A stretch of DNA of 64,000 nucleotides from a bacterium BMS3Bbin03 (GTDB taxonomy: Bacteria > Zhuqueibacterota > JdFR-76 > BMS3Abin05): NCBI GenBank assembly GCA_002898015.1, contig BDTM01000128.1:74418-138417 (forward strand). The letters run 5' to 3'. Each line of letters begins with the position of its first letter. Position 1 is the first letter of the stretch. Shown here piece after piece: positions 27,820 to 39,596 of the stretch. Below the pieces are notes generated by a model that saw nothing but the letters and a program-made list of their open reading frames with translations, made no database searches and was not told the DNA's origin. A program made the translations under genes and the position numbers.

Positions 27820-30261
27820 TTACTCTTTTTCGTTTTCGTCCTCTTTCACCACCCGGGCCACATCCGCAATGCGATCGCCTTTGTCCAGTCTGATAAGCCG
27901 AAAGCCCTGCGTGTTTCTGCCGATAATCGAAATGCCTTTTATCGGCTGCCGGATAATAACCCCGTTCGCCGTGATAATCATGATGTCATCCCGGTCCATC
28001 ACAACTTTCATGGCGATCATTTTGCCCATTTTTTCATTGATTTTCACGGCGATGATCCCCTTGCCCCCGCGGTGCGTCAGCCTGTAATCCTCTATCCTGC
28101 TCCTCTTTCCGTAGCCCTGCTCCGTGATCACCAAAAGTGTCGATCCCCGCTGGACCGGAACCATTCCAATCACCCGATCATCATTCGAAAGTTTGATTCC
28201 GTGAACACCGGCCGCATTACGGCCCATTTCACGCAGCTCCGATTCTTTAAATCGAATCGCCTTACCGTTCAAAGTTCCCAAAAGAACTTCCTGTGTCCCG
28301 TTGGTAAGCATCGCTTCGATCAATCGATCGTTTTCATTGATGGAAATCGCCACGATTCCGCCGCGGCGCGGCCGGCTAAAGGCTTTGAGATTCGTTCTTT
28401 TTACAAGGCCTTTCTTTGTGGCCATGATGATATCGTGCTGATCGTCAAATTCTTTTACGGGCAGAAAAGTCCGAATGTTTTCGCCTTTCGAGATGTCCAG
28501 CAGATTAACAATCGAACGGCCGCGCGAAGTCCGCCCGCCCTCCGGAATTTCGTACACCTTAAGCCAGTAACATTTTCCCTTGTCCGTAAAAAATAAAATA
28601 TAGTGGTGTGTCGAGGCAATGAACAAGTGCTCGACAAAATCTCCGTTCGTCGGTGAGGCGCCGGTGTAACCCCGCCCCCCTCTCATCTGGCGCTTGTATC
28701 CGGAGACCGGAAATCGCTTAATAAACCCATTGTGCGAAATCGTAATCACCATATCTTCTTCGGCAATCAGGTCTTCTATCTGAAAATCTTCGGCATTTCT
28801 AATGATTTCCGTCCGGCGTTCGTCACCGTATTTTTTCTGAAGTTCGATCAATTCATCTTTCACAATCTGCATGCGCAAAGAGCGGCTGTCCAGAATCGCC
28901 TTTAACGTCGAAATTAATTTTATCAGCGCCAGATATTCATCTTCAATTTTCTTGCGTTCCAATCCGGTCAGACGCTGGAGCCGCATGTCCAGAATGGCCT
29001 GCGCCTGAACTTCGGACAGTTTGAAATTGCGCATTAAATTGTGTTTGGCCGTTTTTGGATCGCGGGATTTGCGAATCGTGCTGATGACGGCATCCAGATT
29101 GTCCAGAGCAATTTTCAGCCCCTCCAGAATGTGCGCGCGTTTTTCCGCTTTTTCCAGCTCAAATTTAGTGCGGCGCACAACCACGTAATGTCTGAAATCG
29201 ACAAAATGCCGGAGCGCTTCCTTTAAATTCATCACTTTCGGCTGCCCGTTAACCAGGGCCAGCATGATCACACCAAAGGTCGTTTGCATTTGTGTGTGTT
29301 TGTAAAGCTGGTTCAGAACCACGTCGGCCTGGGCGTCCCGCTTCAATTCAATAACAATTCTCATCCCGTCTCGATCGGATTCATCCCGGATGTCGCTGAT
29401 CCCGATGACCTTCTTATCCCGGACCAGATCTCCCATTTTTTCAAGAAGATTATTTTTATTCACCTGGTAAGGGATCTCCGAAACAATAATTCTCTCTCTG
29501 CCGTTCTTCTGCGTTTCGACATTTGCCCGGGCACGAATGGCCAATTTTCCACGGCCGGTTTCGTAGATTCTCGGTATCTCGGACGCGCCGTAAATGATAG
29601 CGCCTGTGGGAAAATCGGGGCCTTTGATGGATTTCATCAAATCTGCAACGGTCGCTTCGGGATTGTCGATCAATGTGATCAAACCGTCGATCACCTCTGT
29701 GAGATTGTGAGGCGGAAAATTGGTTGCCATTCCCACGGCAATTCCGGAGGCGCCGTTCACAACCAAATTTGGCAGCACGGAGGGGAGAACGGTCGGCTCT
29801 TTTAAAGATTCATCAAAATTAGGGACGAAGTCGACCGTGTTTTTTTCAATGTCACGTAAAATTTCAAGAGAAATAGAGGAAAGCCGAACTTCTGTGTACC
29901 GCATCGCCGCCGGTGAATCCCCATCAACCGAACCAAAGTTGCCCTGGCCGTCAATAAGCGGATAGCGCAAAGAAAAATCCTGCACCATTCGTACCATCGT
30001 GTCATAAACCGCCGAATCTCCGTGCGGATGGTATTTACCAAGGACTTCTCCCACGATTCTCGCACTCTTTTTATAGGCACGATTCGGAAGCAGCCCCAAA
30101 TCGTACATGCCGTAAAGGACACGCCGATGGACCGGCTTCAGACCGTCTCTTACATCCGGCAGGGCTCTTGCCACAATGACCGACATGGAATAGTCCAGAT
30201 AGGACCCCTTCATTTCTTCTTCAATCAGAACGGGTAATACTCTTTCTCGATTTACTGCCAT
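27820..30261 (-). CDS. gyrA: DNA gyrase subunit A
   Basis: 813 aa. Active-site region AAMRYTE, QRD region and C-terminal beta-pinwheel repeats. Confidence 0.97.
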   Translation of the reverse strand: MAVNRERVLPVLIEEEMKGSYLDYSMSVIVARALPDVRDGLKPVHRRVLYGMYDLGLLPNRAYKKSARIVGEVLGKYHPHGDSAVYDTMVRMVQDFSLRYPLIDGQGNFGSVDGDSPAAMRYTEVRLSSISLEILRDIEKNTVDFVPNFDESLKEPTVLPSVLPNLVVNGASGIAVGMATNFPPHNLTEVIDGLITLIDNPEATVADLMKSIKGPDFPTGAIIYGASEIPRIYETGRGKLAIRARANVETQKNGRERIIVSEIPYQVNKNNLLEKMGDLVRDKKVIGISDIRDESDRDGMRIVIELKRDAQADVVLNQLYKHTQMQTTFGVIMLALVNGQPKVMNLKEALRHFVDFRHYVVVRRTKFELEKAEKRAHILEGLKIALDNLDAVISTIRKSRDPKTAKHNLMRNFKLSEVQAQAILDMRLQRLTGLERKKIEDEYLALIKLISTLKAILDSRSLRMQIVKDELIELQKKYGDERRTEIIRNAEDFQIEDLIAEEDMVITISHNGFIKRFPVSGYKRQMRGGRGYTGASPTNGDFVEHLFIASTHHYILFFTDKGKCYWLKVYEIPEGGRTSRGRSIVNLLDISKGENIRTFLPVKEFDDQHDIIMATKKGLVKRTNLKAFSRPRRGGIVAISINENDRLIEAMLTNGTQEVLLGTLNGKAIRFKESELREMGRNAAGVHGIKLSNDDRVIGMVPVQRGSTLLVITEQGYGKRSRIEDYRLTHRGGKGIIAVKINEKMGKMIAMKVVMDRDDIMIITANGVIIRQPIKGISIIGRNTQGFRLIRLDKGDRIADVARVVKEDENEKE

Positions 30262-30337
30262 TCTTTTAGTTTTCTCCTTGTATATAATTACTAAGTATTT
30301 AGATATCTATTTGCCGCAAAATCAAAAAGGCACCGGG

Positions 30338-32287
<1,950 letters not shown>

Positions 32288-32291
32288 TCAT

Positions 32292-32576
32292 TTAGATAAA
32301 AATTATGTCAGTTATCGCATCCACACCGATTCTTGTGTTTAAACGTTTAATAATACTCCCTTTCAAATGGATTAATTCAATTCGCCAGCCCGGACTATCC
32401 ACACGGACAAAAAGCTTTCCGTTAACCACTCTTTCGGGTTTCGATATTTTTGAAATTTTTTCGCCGACCGCTTCATTCCACACAACAAGTGCCTGACTCT
32501 GATAAACTTTTTTTTCGATGTGCAGATCCCGCAGCACTTTATTTATAACGGTCCCTAATTCATATGGACGTTTCAT
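32292..32576 (-). CDS. DUF721 domain protein (DciA-like, candidate helicase-loading factor)
   Basis: 94 aa. Conserved position between recF and gyrB. 4-nt overlap with recF. Confidence 0.55.
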   Translation of the reverse strand: MKRPYELGTVINKVLRDLHIEKKVYQSQALVVWNEAVGEKISKISKPERVVNGKLFVRVDSPGWRIELIHLKGSIIKRLNTRIGVDAITDIIFI

Positions 32577-33709
32577 TCCGTTTGTCCCAGTTCTGTGTGG
32601 GGAATGGGCTGTGTTGTATCCACAAAATAATAAGAAATTTTTTTGTGTTTTTCCAGTCCGGAATCAATTTTTAAATCCACATCGCTGGTCGTGAGAAAAA
32701 TCTGACCGAGGTCTTCAAAGAATTCCGTCAGGTTCTTTTCACGAATTTTGTCGATCTCCGTGTAAACATCATCCAATAAAAAAATCGGTTTTTCTTTTTT
32801 GATCTGATACACATAAAAATATTCGGCAATTTTCAGGGCAATGACCGCCGTTCGATGTTGTCCCCGAGATCCGTATTTTCGTAAATCCCATTCGTTGTTT
32901 AGAAAAGAAATTTCATCCCGGTGAGGCCCGATAAACGTGTTTCCCCTCAGAATCTCAAGGTTTAGAATTTTTTCCAATTCATGAAGGAAAACTTCTTTTT
33001 CCTGAAATTCTTGTTTAAAAGACGGCACATACGAAATAGAAATGTCTTCCTGATCCAGCGTCAATTGTTTGAAAATGGGCCGAAAGATTTCCTGAAAATC
33101 CCTTATAAATTGGATGCGTTTATTGGTAATAACTTTATTTAACTCGTAAAGTTCTAAATTCCAGGGCTCGATTTTCTCCCGGAATCCATATCGATTATTT
33201 TGCGCGTCAAACAATATTTTATTGCGTTGACGAACAACTCTTCGAAAGTCCTGAATACGGGTTAAATAGAATTTATCCGTCTGGGATAAAATAAAATCTA
33301 AAAAACGGCGCCTTTCAGAAGGGCTGCCATAAGTGATCGCTTCATTTTCCGGCGTTAAAATAATAATCGGAAACAGCCCGACCACTTCGGAAGCCGACTG
33401 CACGCGCACGCCGTCAATGTAAATGCGTTTTCCCTCCCCCTGAATGTACTCTACCGTTACATCTTTTTTAATACTCGGATCAAATATAAAATGCGATGTG
33501 ATTTTAAAAAAATTGGTATGAAAGGGTATCGCTTCAGCGTCTGTATTTGTGCGGAAACTTTTTGTGATACACGTGTACGAAATTGCTTCTAATAGATTCG
33601 TTTTCCCCTGACCGTTGTATCCGTAAATAACATTTACCCCGTCTTCAAACGTAAAATCATGTTTTAGGTAATTTCTAAATTGTTGCAAATAAATAGATTT
33701 TAAAATCAT
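32573..33709 (-). CDS. recF: DNA replication and repair protein RecF
   Basis: P-loop GYNGQGKTNLLEAISY and C-terminal SMC-like signature. The start is set at MILKSIYLQQFRNY, which aligns with the RecF N-terminus. The ORF track extends to 33718. Confidence 0.88.
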   Translation of the reverse strand: MILKSIYLQQFRNYLKHDFTFEDGVNVIYGYNGQGKTNLLEAISYTCITKSFRTNTDAEAIPFHTNFFKITSHFIFDPSIKKDVTVEYIQGEGKRIYIDGVRVQSASEVVGLFPIIILTPENEAITYGSPSERRRFLDFILSQTDKFYLTRIQDFRRVVRQRNKILFDAQNNRYGFREKIEPWNLELYELNKVITNKRIQFIRDFQEIFRPIFKQLTLDQEDISISYVPSFKQEFQEKEVFLHELEKILNLEILRGNTFIGPHRDEISFLNNEWDLRKYGSRGQHRTAVIALKIAEYFYVYQIKKEKPIFLLDDVYTEIDKIREKNLTEFFEDLGQIFLTTSDVDLKIDSGLEKHKKISYYFVDTTQPIPHTELGQTE

Positions 33710-33714
33710 CCGTA

Positions 33715-34914
33715 TCAATATTCATAATCGACAGAAGAATCTTTACGGTTGTCGTCACCACCTGTTTCGTCTATTTCTTCTTCCTCTTTTTCTTCCGTCC
33801 CCAAAAGACGAACAGGCATGACCAACATTAAAAGTTCTTCGTTTTTTTGTTGTTCTGTCGGGAAAACGATCCCGGCAGACGTCGGCATATCCAACATAAA
33901 CATGACTTCTTCCGTGTCAATATGTCGAATCGTTTCCATGACATATTGGGCATTGTAGCCAATGTCCATCTCTTCTCCGTTGTATTCGGCGGGCAAAACT
34001 TCCATGCCTTCACCGCCGACGTCCAAATCCTGTGAAAACAGTTCCACTTTATCACTCTTCAGTGAAAGACGCACCTGCTTTGTGAGTAAATTTGAAAAGA
34101 TAGAAACTCTTTTTAAACTGCTGTAAAAAAGATCTCGGTTCAGAATTAATTTTTTCTCGTTTGCGGTCGGAATGACGGCTTCGTATTCCGGATACTGACT
34201 TTCAACAAGTCTGGAAATAATTTCAGTGTGATTTAGTTTAAAAACGAGATAATTTTCACCAAATGAAATTTTTATCAGTCCCGGTTCTTCAGAAATATTT
34301 TTCAACAAGAGGTTCAGGGCTTTTGTCGGAACGATCATTTTTTTTTCAGATACATTCGCCTTAAAATCTTTGTTGATAATTCGAGAGAGTCGATGACCGT
34401 CCGTTGCCACCATCCGAAATTCATTTTCAAAAACCTGAAACAGAACGCCCATGAGAGCCGGACGGAGTTCATCATGAGACACGGCAAAAATGGTTTTATC
34501 AATCATTCTGGATAATTTCGCGCTGGGAATTGAAAATTCTTCCACTAATTGAGAGATCGGCATCAATGGAAAATCTTCGCTGGAATCAACAGCTATTTTA
34601 TAGACTCCCCGGTCACTGATCATACGGAGGCGATGGTTGTCTTCCGTCAGCACTTCAATTTGAACATCGCCCAGCTCTCGTAAAATATCCCCCAGTATTT
34701 TTGACGAGACTGCTAAAGCGCCGTCTTCAATTCCGTCCACGGTGATTTCCGTCGATATTAAAATTTCCAAATCCGTGGCATAAATTTTTAAGATATTTTC
34801 TTCGAGGCTGAGCAGCACATCGCTTAGAATAGGTGTGGCTGTCTTTTGGGGAACAACTCCGATAATTCGTTGTATGGCTTTAAAAAATTCCGACCGGGGT
34901 ACGGAAAATTTCAT
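33715..34914 (-). CDS. dnaN: DNA polymerase III beta sliding clamp, with an unusual acidic C-terminal extension
   Basis: The N-terminus MKFSVPRSEFFKAIQRI is canonical for DnaN. The last roughly 30 residues (EEKEEEEIDETGGDDNRKDSSVDYEY) extend beyond the typical clamp length. Confidence 0.9.
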   Translation of the reverse strand: MKFSVPRSEFFKAIQRIIGVVPQKTATPILSDVLLSLEENILKIYATDLEILISTEITVDGIEDGALAVSSKILGDILRELGDVQIEVLTEDNHRLRMISDRGVYKIAVDSSEDFPLMPISQLVEEFSIPSAKLSRMIDKTIFAVSHDELRPALMGVLFQVFENEFRMVATDGHRLSRIINKDFKANVSEKKMIVPTKALNLLLKNISEEPGLIKISFGENYLVFKLNHTEIISRLVESQYPEYEAVIPTANEKKLILNRDLFYSSLKRVSIFSNLLTKQVRLSLKSDKVELFSQDLDVGGEGMEVLPAEYNGEEMDIGYNAQYVMETIRHIDTEEVMFMLDMPTSAGIVFPTEQQKNEELLMLVMPVRLLGTEEKEEEEIDETGGDDNRKDSSVDYEY

Positions 34915-35056
34915 ATCTGCCTCCTAAAGATGCTTTTTCTTTTAATACATATTATAATTTATTTAAAATAACCAATTTTTAGATTAAATTCAAGAAAAAC
35001 TTCTTAACTATCTTTAAATAGAGATAAGATTAAATAACAATAATATTAATAAATCC

Positions 35057-35065
35057 TGTGGATAA
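35057..35065 (-). promoter_or_regulatory. DnaA box (perfect TTATCCACA on the minus strand)
   Basis: TGTGGATAA on the plus strand. Confidence 0.6.
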
Positions 35066-35212
35066 GTGGATAACGTGTGGTGATATTCGGTTTGCTTTTT
35101 AAAAATAAACAATTTAAAAAACCTCGTTTTGTTCCATTCGATGTGAAAAGAATGTGATAAAATTGTTTATAGATATCCTTTTTTTATTTTTGATTTAACG
35201 GCTGTTTAAAAT

Positions 35213-35221
35213 TGTGGATAA
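35213..35221 (-). promoter_or_regulatory. DnaA box (perfect)
   Basis: TGTGGATAA on the plus strand. Confidence 0.6.
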
Positions 35222-35251
35222 GAAAGCATTTGTTCACAAAGATTCACAAAG

Positions 35252-35260
35252 TTATCCACA
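35252..35260 (+). promoter_or_regulatory. DnaA box (perfect TTATCCACA)
   Basis: Exact consensus, 18 nt from the dnaA stop. Confidence 0.6.
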
Positions 35261-35277
35261 AATTTTGTGAATAACGT

Positions 35278-36642
35278 TTACTGCGCTTCCAGTTCGATTT
35301 TATCCTGGATGTCCTGAATCATTTCCCTGAATGTCGGCTCTGTTTGAATCCTTTTTTCGATGGTCTGAAATGCATGAATAACCGTTGTGTGATCCCGACC
35401 GCCGAAATGAAGCCCGATCGTTTTTAATGAATTGTGGGTCAGATTTTTCGATAAATACATCGAAATTTGACGGGCACCCACAATCTCTTTTTTGCGCGTT
35501 TTTGCACGAATAAGGTCTTCTTTAATTGAAAAATAATGACTGACAACACTTTGAATAAGCTCAATCGATAAACTTGTATTTTTCTTTTTGATTAAATCTT
35601 TCAGCACGTGTTTTGCCATTTTTAGGGTGATGTCTTCTCCGTTTAAAGAGGAATAAGCGAGAAGCTTAATGAGTGCTCCCTCCAATTGACGAATATTGGA
35701 GGTGATATTCGTGGCAATAAATTGCGTGATTTCATCCGGCAATTGGAGTTCATCTTGTTCGGCCTTCCTTTGCAGGATGGCAATACGGGTTTCCAAATCG
35801 GGGGGTTGAACGTCTGCGATTAATCCGGAGCTAAAACGGGAAATGAGTCGATTTTCTAATCCCGCCAATTCCTGCGGAGGACGATCTGATGAAAGAACGA
35901 TCTGTTTTCCTTTCTGCTGTAAATCATTAAAGGTATGAAAAAACTCCTCCTGTGTGCGTTCTTTATTAATAAAAAACTGGACATCATCCACCAGCAGAAT
36001 ATCAACATTTCTGTAATGCAGGCTAAATTCCGGCACACGGTTGTTTTTAATAGAGTTTATGAATTCCAATGTAAATTTTTCACTCGACACATATTGAATG
36101 CGCTTATTGGGATATTTTGTAGAAACATGGTTTCCGATGGCCTGAATTAAATGCGTTTTACCAAGTCCCACACCCCCATAAATCAGGAGCGGATTAAAGG
36201 AGGTCTTTCCGGGGGACTCCGCCACGGCAAATGAAGCGGCTCTCGCAAATTGATTGCTGTCTCCTTCCACGAAATTTTCGAACGTGTACCGGGAATTTAA
36301 ATACGAACCGTTGGAGTTAAATTGGATATAGGCATTCTGCTCGCCAAATTTTTTCTCTGAAGAGACCGGTTTAATCTTTTCATCGATGAGAACGGAATAG
36401 TTCAGCTTAATGGGTTTACCGAAGGTTTCATAAAGCGCCTGGTCAACGATGTCACGAAAATGTTCATCAATCCATTCGTAAAAGAACCGGCTGGGGACCT
36501 GAATCGTGAGCCGGCTATCGCTTAGTTTAAGCGGTACGACGGGTTTGAACCAGGTGCTAAAACTTTGGGGGCTGATTTTTGACCGGACAAAGTCAAGACA
36601 GGCCCCCCAGGTGTCTTCAAGAGTGTCGGTTGCACTTTCCAT
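35278..36642 (-). CDS. dnaA: Chromosomal replication initiator DnaA
   Basis: AAA+ Walker A GGVGLGKTHL and C-terminal helix-turn-helix (box-binding) domain. The N-terminus MESATDTLEDTWGACLDFVRSKISPQSFSTWF aligns with DnaA domain I. The ORF track extends to 36675 (MCCIIGIMKVF...). Confidence 0.93.
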   Translation of the reverse strand: MESATDTLEDTWGACLDFVRSKISPQSFSTWFKPVVPLKLSDSRLTIQVPSRFFYEWIDEHFRDIVDQALYETFGKPIKLNYSVLIDEKIKPVSSEKKFGEQNAYIQFNSNGSYLNSRYTFENFVEGDSNQFARAASFAVAESPGKTSFNPLLIYGGVGLGKTHLIQAIGNHVSTKYPNKRIQYVSSEKFTLEFINSIKNNRVPEFSLHYRNVDILLVDDVQFFINKERTQEEFFHTFNDLQQKGKQIVLSSDRPPQELAGLENRLISRFSSGLIADVQPPDLETRIAILQRKAEQDELQLPDEITQFIATNITSNIRQLEGALIKLLAYSSLNGEDITLKMAKHVLKDLIKKKNTSLSIELIQSVVSHYFSIKEDLIRAKTRKKEIVGARQISMYLSKNLTHNSLKTIGLHFGGRDHTTVIHAFQTIEKRIQTEPTFREMIQDIQDKIELEAQ

Positions 36643-36675
36643 AAATACCTTCATGATTCCAATAATACAACACAA

Positions 36676-36933
36676 TAATCATTAATATTTCTTCACAGTT
36701 GTTGTTTGTTTAGTTCGTTGAAGATGAAAGGATTAAAAGGCTATTAAATAACTTTTCCACAATTTATCCACAAACCGCTGACCACCTTTTGCAGTCTCAA
36801 ATATAAAACTATTTTCGTAAAAATCAATTAATTTATTTATAAAAAAAACTTGATTTTTTACGATTTTTAATATTATATTTAGAGTTATTACCCAAAACGC
36901 TAAGTAAAAGAAAAACATACTGAAGGAGATTTT
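36676..36933. other. oriC, upstream half (dnaA-rpmH intergenic) with two DnaA boxes
   Basis: TTTTCCACA at 36753-36761 (1 mismatch) and TTATCCACA at 36764-36772 (perfect), in an AT-rich context. Confidence 0.6.
36850..36879 (+). promoter_or_regulatory. Candidate promoter for rpmH (TTGATT-18-TATATT)
   Basis: -35 at 36850-36855, -10 at 36874-36879. The GAAGGAG RBS precedes the ATG at 36934. Confidence 0.35.
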
Positions 36934-37089
36934 GATGAAACGCACTTTTCAACCGAGCAATCGAAAACGCCGGAATAAGCATGGTTTCATGGAAAGGATG
37001 TCGACCACAGCGGGTCGGGATGTGTTAAAAAGAAGGAGAGCGAAGGTCCGCAAGAAGTTGACGGTGAGCGATGAATACACAACAAAATA
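36934..37089 (+). CDS. rpmH: 50S ribosomal protein L34
   Basis: Hand translation gives [51 protein letters not shown] (51 aa). The L34 signature is MKRT(F/Y)QPS..KR...HGF. It is absent from the ORF track because it is shorter than 60 aa. Confidence 0.9.
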
Positions 37090-37125
37090 GTGATCCGCAT
37101 TTGCGCAAAAAGAAGGTTTAAATGT

Positions 37126-37440
37126 GTGATTAATCAAAAGTTGAGAAAAAAAGACATTCTTCGGGGAAAAGCCTCTTATGATGAAATCTTTACATCGGGC
37201 AGGAAAGCTAAAGGGCGGCGGGTGACATTGTTCTGGGTTTCTTCTGAAAAGTCGCAAATGGGTGTCGCCGTGAGTCGACATTATAAACGAGCTGTGGATA
37301 GAAATCGTATGAAACGCTATATTCGGGAGATTTATCGAAAAAACAGGGGGTGGTTTGAAAAAAAAAAGTGGTTTTTTATATTCGCAAAACAAAAGAAAAT
37401 CCCGGCTATTGGGATCTCTATTATGATATTTCAAATTTAA
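37126..37440 (+). CDS. rnpA: Ribonuclease P protein component
   Basis: [18 protein letters not shown]...[13 protein letters not shown] is typical of RnpA. The start codon is uncertain. The choices are GTG 37090 (overlapping the rpmH stop), GTG 37126 or TTG 37141. Confidence 0.7.
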   Translation: MINQKLRKKDILRGKASYDEIFTSGRKAKGRRVTLFWVSSEKSQMGVAVSRHYKRAVDRNRMKRYIREIYRKNRGWFEKKKWFFIFAKQKKIPAIGISIMIFQI

Positions 37441-37456
37441 AAGGGCTCTTGGACGA

Positions 37457-37669
37457 ATGTTAAAAAAAGGTGTTATATTTCTAATCAAAATATACAAAAC
37501 ATTATTTTCACCTTTTTTTCCTCCTTCTTGCAGATTTTATCCGACATGTTCCACATACAGCATTCAGGCATACGCAAAATACAATTTTTTCAAAGCGACA
37601 TACTTATCCCTCTGGCGGATTTTAAGGTGTAATCCTTTTAATAAAGGCGGATATGATCCATTACCGTAA
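37457..37669 (+). CDS. yidD: Membrane protein insertion efficiency factor YidD
   Basis: 70 aa containing the invariant YidD core FYPTCS.Y. Confidence 0.85.
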   Translation: MLKKGVIFLIKIYKTLFSPFFPPSCRFYPTCSTYSIQAYAKYNFFKATYLSLWRILRCNPFNKGGYDPLP

Positions 37670-37696
37670 ATTCATAATAGAAACATAAGGGAAATC

Positions 37697-39541
37697 ATGA
37701 AAAAAGACACCATTATTGCGTTCTTAATTATTGGAATTATTTTAATTTTTACACAAACCTCGTACTATAAAAAATTGGTGATGCCGAATGCCCAGCCGGT
37801 CAAACAAAGCCGGACTACGGAAGATACGCTGAGAAGAGAACAGCCTGTCGCAAAACCGGCCGAAAAAGAAAGAATCGTTGTCCCCGCAGAAAAAAAAGTG
37901 CAGGAGAAGAAGAAGCCGTCTGCCATAAGTATCAATAGAAATAATATATTAGAAGGAATTGTCTCCGGATATGCCGTTCAGGGAAAACCCAAAGTGATCA
38001 CAATTGAAACGGATTTGTACGAAGCAAAACTGTCTTCACGGGGCGGCACCATCATGAGCTGGAAATTAAAAAAATATAAAAATTACCAGGGCAAACAGGT
38101 TCAATTAATTGCGGACAAGGGAAAAGGCGACCTTTCACTGTCGTTTTTTGTAAACAACGATACCATTAATTTCGGAAAGGTAAATTATGATTTGCAGGTC
38201 GAAAACAATCCGATGAGCGATACGTTGGTTATTCTCAATCAGGACCATCCCACCGCCACAATTTTTGGAAAAGTGCTTTTAAATGATGGGAAGGAAATTG
38301 TTAAAAAATACACCTTTTTTTATAACAAATATAATTTCAACTTTCAGGTCAAATTAGATGGGTTTGATAATTGGGTAAACAACAAAAGCTACTACTTGTC
38401 CTGGAAATCGGGACTTCTGCCGACGGAAAAGAGAATTCACGATGATGAGGGGTATGCAAAAGTTTATATGATGCTTGGCAAAGAATTGGATGAATTCGCC
38501 ATAGGAAACAAGAGGGAGTACAAAAAGAAAAAGATTACCGGCTCCGTGGTTTGGGGAGATATCAGAACAAAATATTTTACGATGGCCATTATCTCAAAAG
38601 AAAAAGAGGGAAGAGGGGCAATTATTGAAGGGAGAGGCATTCCGCTCACAAAGAAAAATGTGATTAAACGGTATTCCATCACAATCGAAATGCCTTTAAA
38701 TTCCGGCAATATCACTTCGGACAATTTTACAGTTTTTATTGGTCCCCTTGAATACAATACCGTCCGAAAATTAGGTGTTAAACTGGACAAAATCATCATG
38801 TCGTCGGGCTGGTACGAACGCTTATTCCGTCCGTTTAGCATTGCCATTTTAGTTTCATTTAAATTTCTGCACAAATTTATTCCGAATTACGGGTGGGTCA
38901 TTGTCCTTTTCTCCATTCTGATAAAAATACTGGTTTATCCTCTGACCCATAAAAGTTATGTGTCTATGAAGAAAATGCAGCTTGTTCAGCCCAAAATGGC
39001 CGAATTGAAAGAAAAATACAAAAGCGACCCCCAGCGCATGAATAAAGAGACCATGAAGCTGTATAAAAGCTATGGGGTTAATCCGATGGGGGGGTGTCTC
39101 CCGTCCCTGCTGCAGATGCCTCTTTTAGTGGGACTCTTTATCGTTTTCCGGTCAACGATAGAATTGAGGGGTGCGCCGTTTATTTTCTGGATAAATAATC
39201 TTTCCATGCCGGATACGGTGGCCACATTGCCGTTTTCCTTACCCATGTTCGGAAATGCAATCAATGTGCTGCCGATTCTGATGGGGATCACCATGTTTTT
39301 TCAACAGAAAATGACCACACAAGACCCGAAGCAGAAATCATTGACATATTTGATGCCCATTTTCTTTGTATTGTTATTTAATACGTTTCCGTCCGGTTTG
39401 AATCTTTATTACACACTCTTTAATCTGTTTACCATTGTTCAGCAGCATCTGATCAAACCGGATGTCGTTCAATTAAAAGCCGTCGAAAAAAAGCAGACAA
39501 AACAAAACGTAAGGCAAAAAAGCCATCGACCCAGAAAGTAA
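37697..39541 (+). CDS. yidC: Membrane protein insertase YidC
   Basis: 614 aa. N-terminal TM helix, large periplasmic domain and C-terminal five-TM core (KMQLVQPKMAELKEKY, GGCLPSLLQMPLL). Basic C-terminal tail. Confidence 0.9.
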   Translation: MKKDTIIAFLIIGIILIFTQTSYYKKLVMPNAQPVKQSRTTEDTLRREQPVAKPAEKERIVVPAEKKVQEKKKPSAISINRNNILEGIVSGYAVQGKPKVITIETDLYEAKLSSRGGTIMSWKLKKYKNYQGKQVQLIADKGKGDLSLSFFVNNDTINFGKVNYDLQVENNPMSDTLVILNQDHPTATIFGKVLLNDGKEIVKKYTFFYNKYNFNFQVKLDGFDNWVNNKSYYLSWKSGLLPTEKRIHDDEGYAKVYMMLGKELDEFAIGNKREYKKKKITGSVVWGDIRTKYFTMAIISKEKEGRGAIIEGRGIPLTKKNVIKRYSITIEMPLNSGNITSDNFTVFIGPLEYNTVRKLGVKLDKIIMSSGWYERLFRPFSIAILVSFKFLHKFIPNYGWVIVLFSILIKILVYPLTHKSYVSMKKMQLVQPKMAELKEKYKSDPQRMNKETMKLYKSYGVNPMGGCLPSLLQMPLLVGLFIVFRSTIELRGAPFIFWINNLSMPDTVATLPFSLPMFGNAINVLPILMGITMFFQQKMTTQDPKQKSLTYLMPIFFVLLFNTFPSGLNLYYTLFNLFTIVQQHLIKPDVVQLKAVEKKQTKQNVRQKSHRPRK

Positions 39542-39560
39542 TAGAGCCTAAAATAGGCCA

Positions 39561-39592
39561 GCCCTGCAATATGAACTGGCAGGGCTTTTTTT
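39561..39592 (+). terminator. Intrinsic terminator ending the rpmH-rnpA-yidD-yidC operon
   Basis: GCCCTGC-aatatgaactg-GCAGGGC followed by TTTTTTT. Confidence 0.7.
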
Positions 39593-39596
39593 ATAT

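Larger units (their letters stand above)
34915..35277. other. oriC, dnaA-dnaN intergenic half, holding an AT-rich candidate DNA-unwinding element (34920-35050) and a DnaA-box cluster (35057-35274)
   Basis: DnaA boxes: TGTGGATAA at 35057-35065, AGTGGATAA at 35065-35073, TGTGGATAA at 35213-35221, TTATCCACA at 35252-35260, TGTGAATAA at 35266-35274. The stretch 34920-35050 is about 85% A+T. Confidence 0.75.

Noticed and set aside
37353-37362. A10 homopolymer (and T10 at 7490-7499) considered as phase-variable tracts.
   Set aside because: Both lie in-frame within coding sequence (Lys/Phe runs) of housekeeping or hypothetical genes. There is no contingency-locus context.
36949-37497. 182-aa minus-strand ORF overlapping rpmH and rnpA.
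   Set aside because: It lies antisense to two highly conserved genes and has no recognisable motifs, so it is most likely a spurious ORF.
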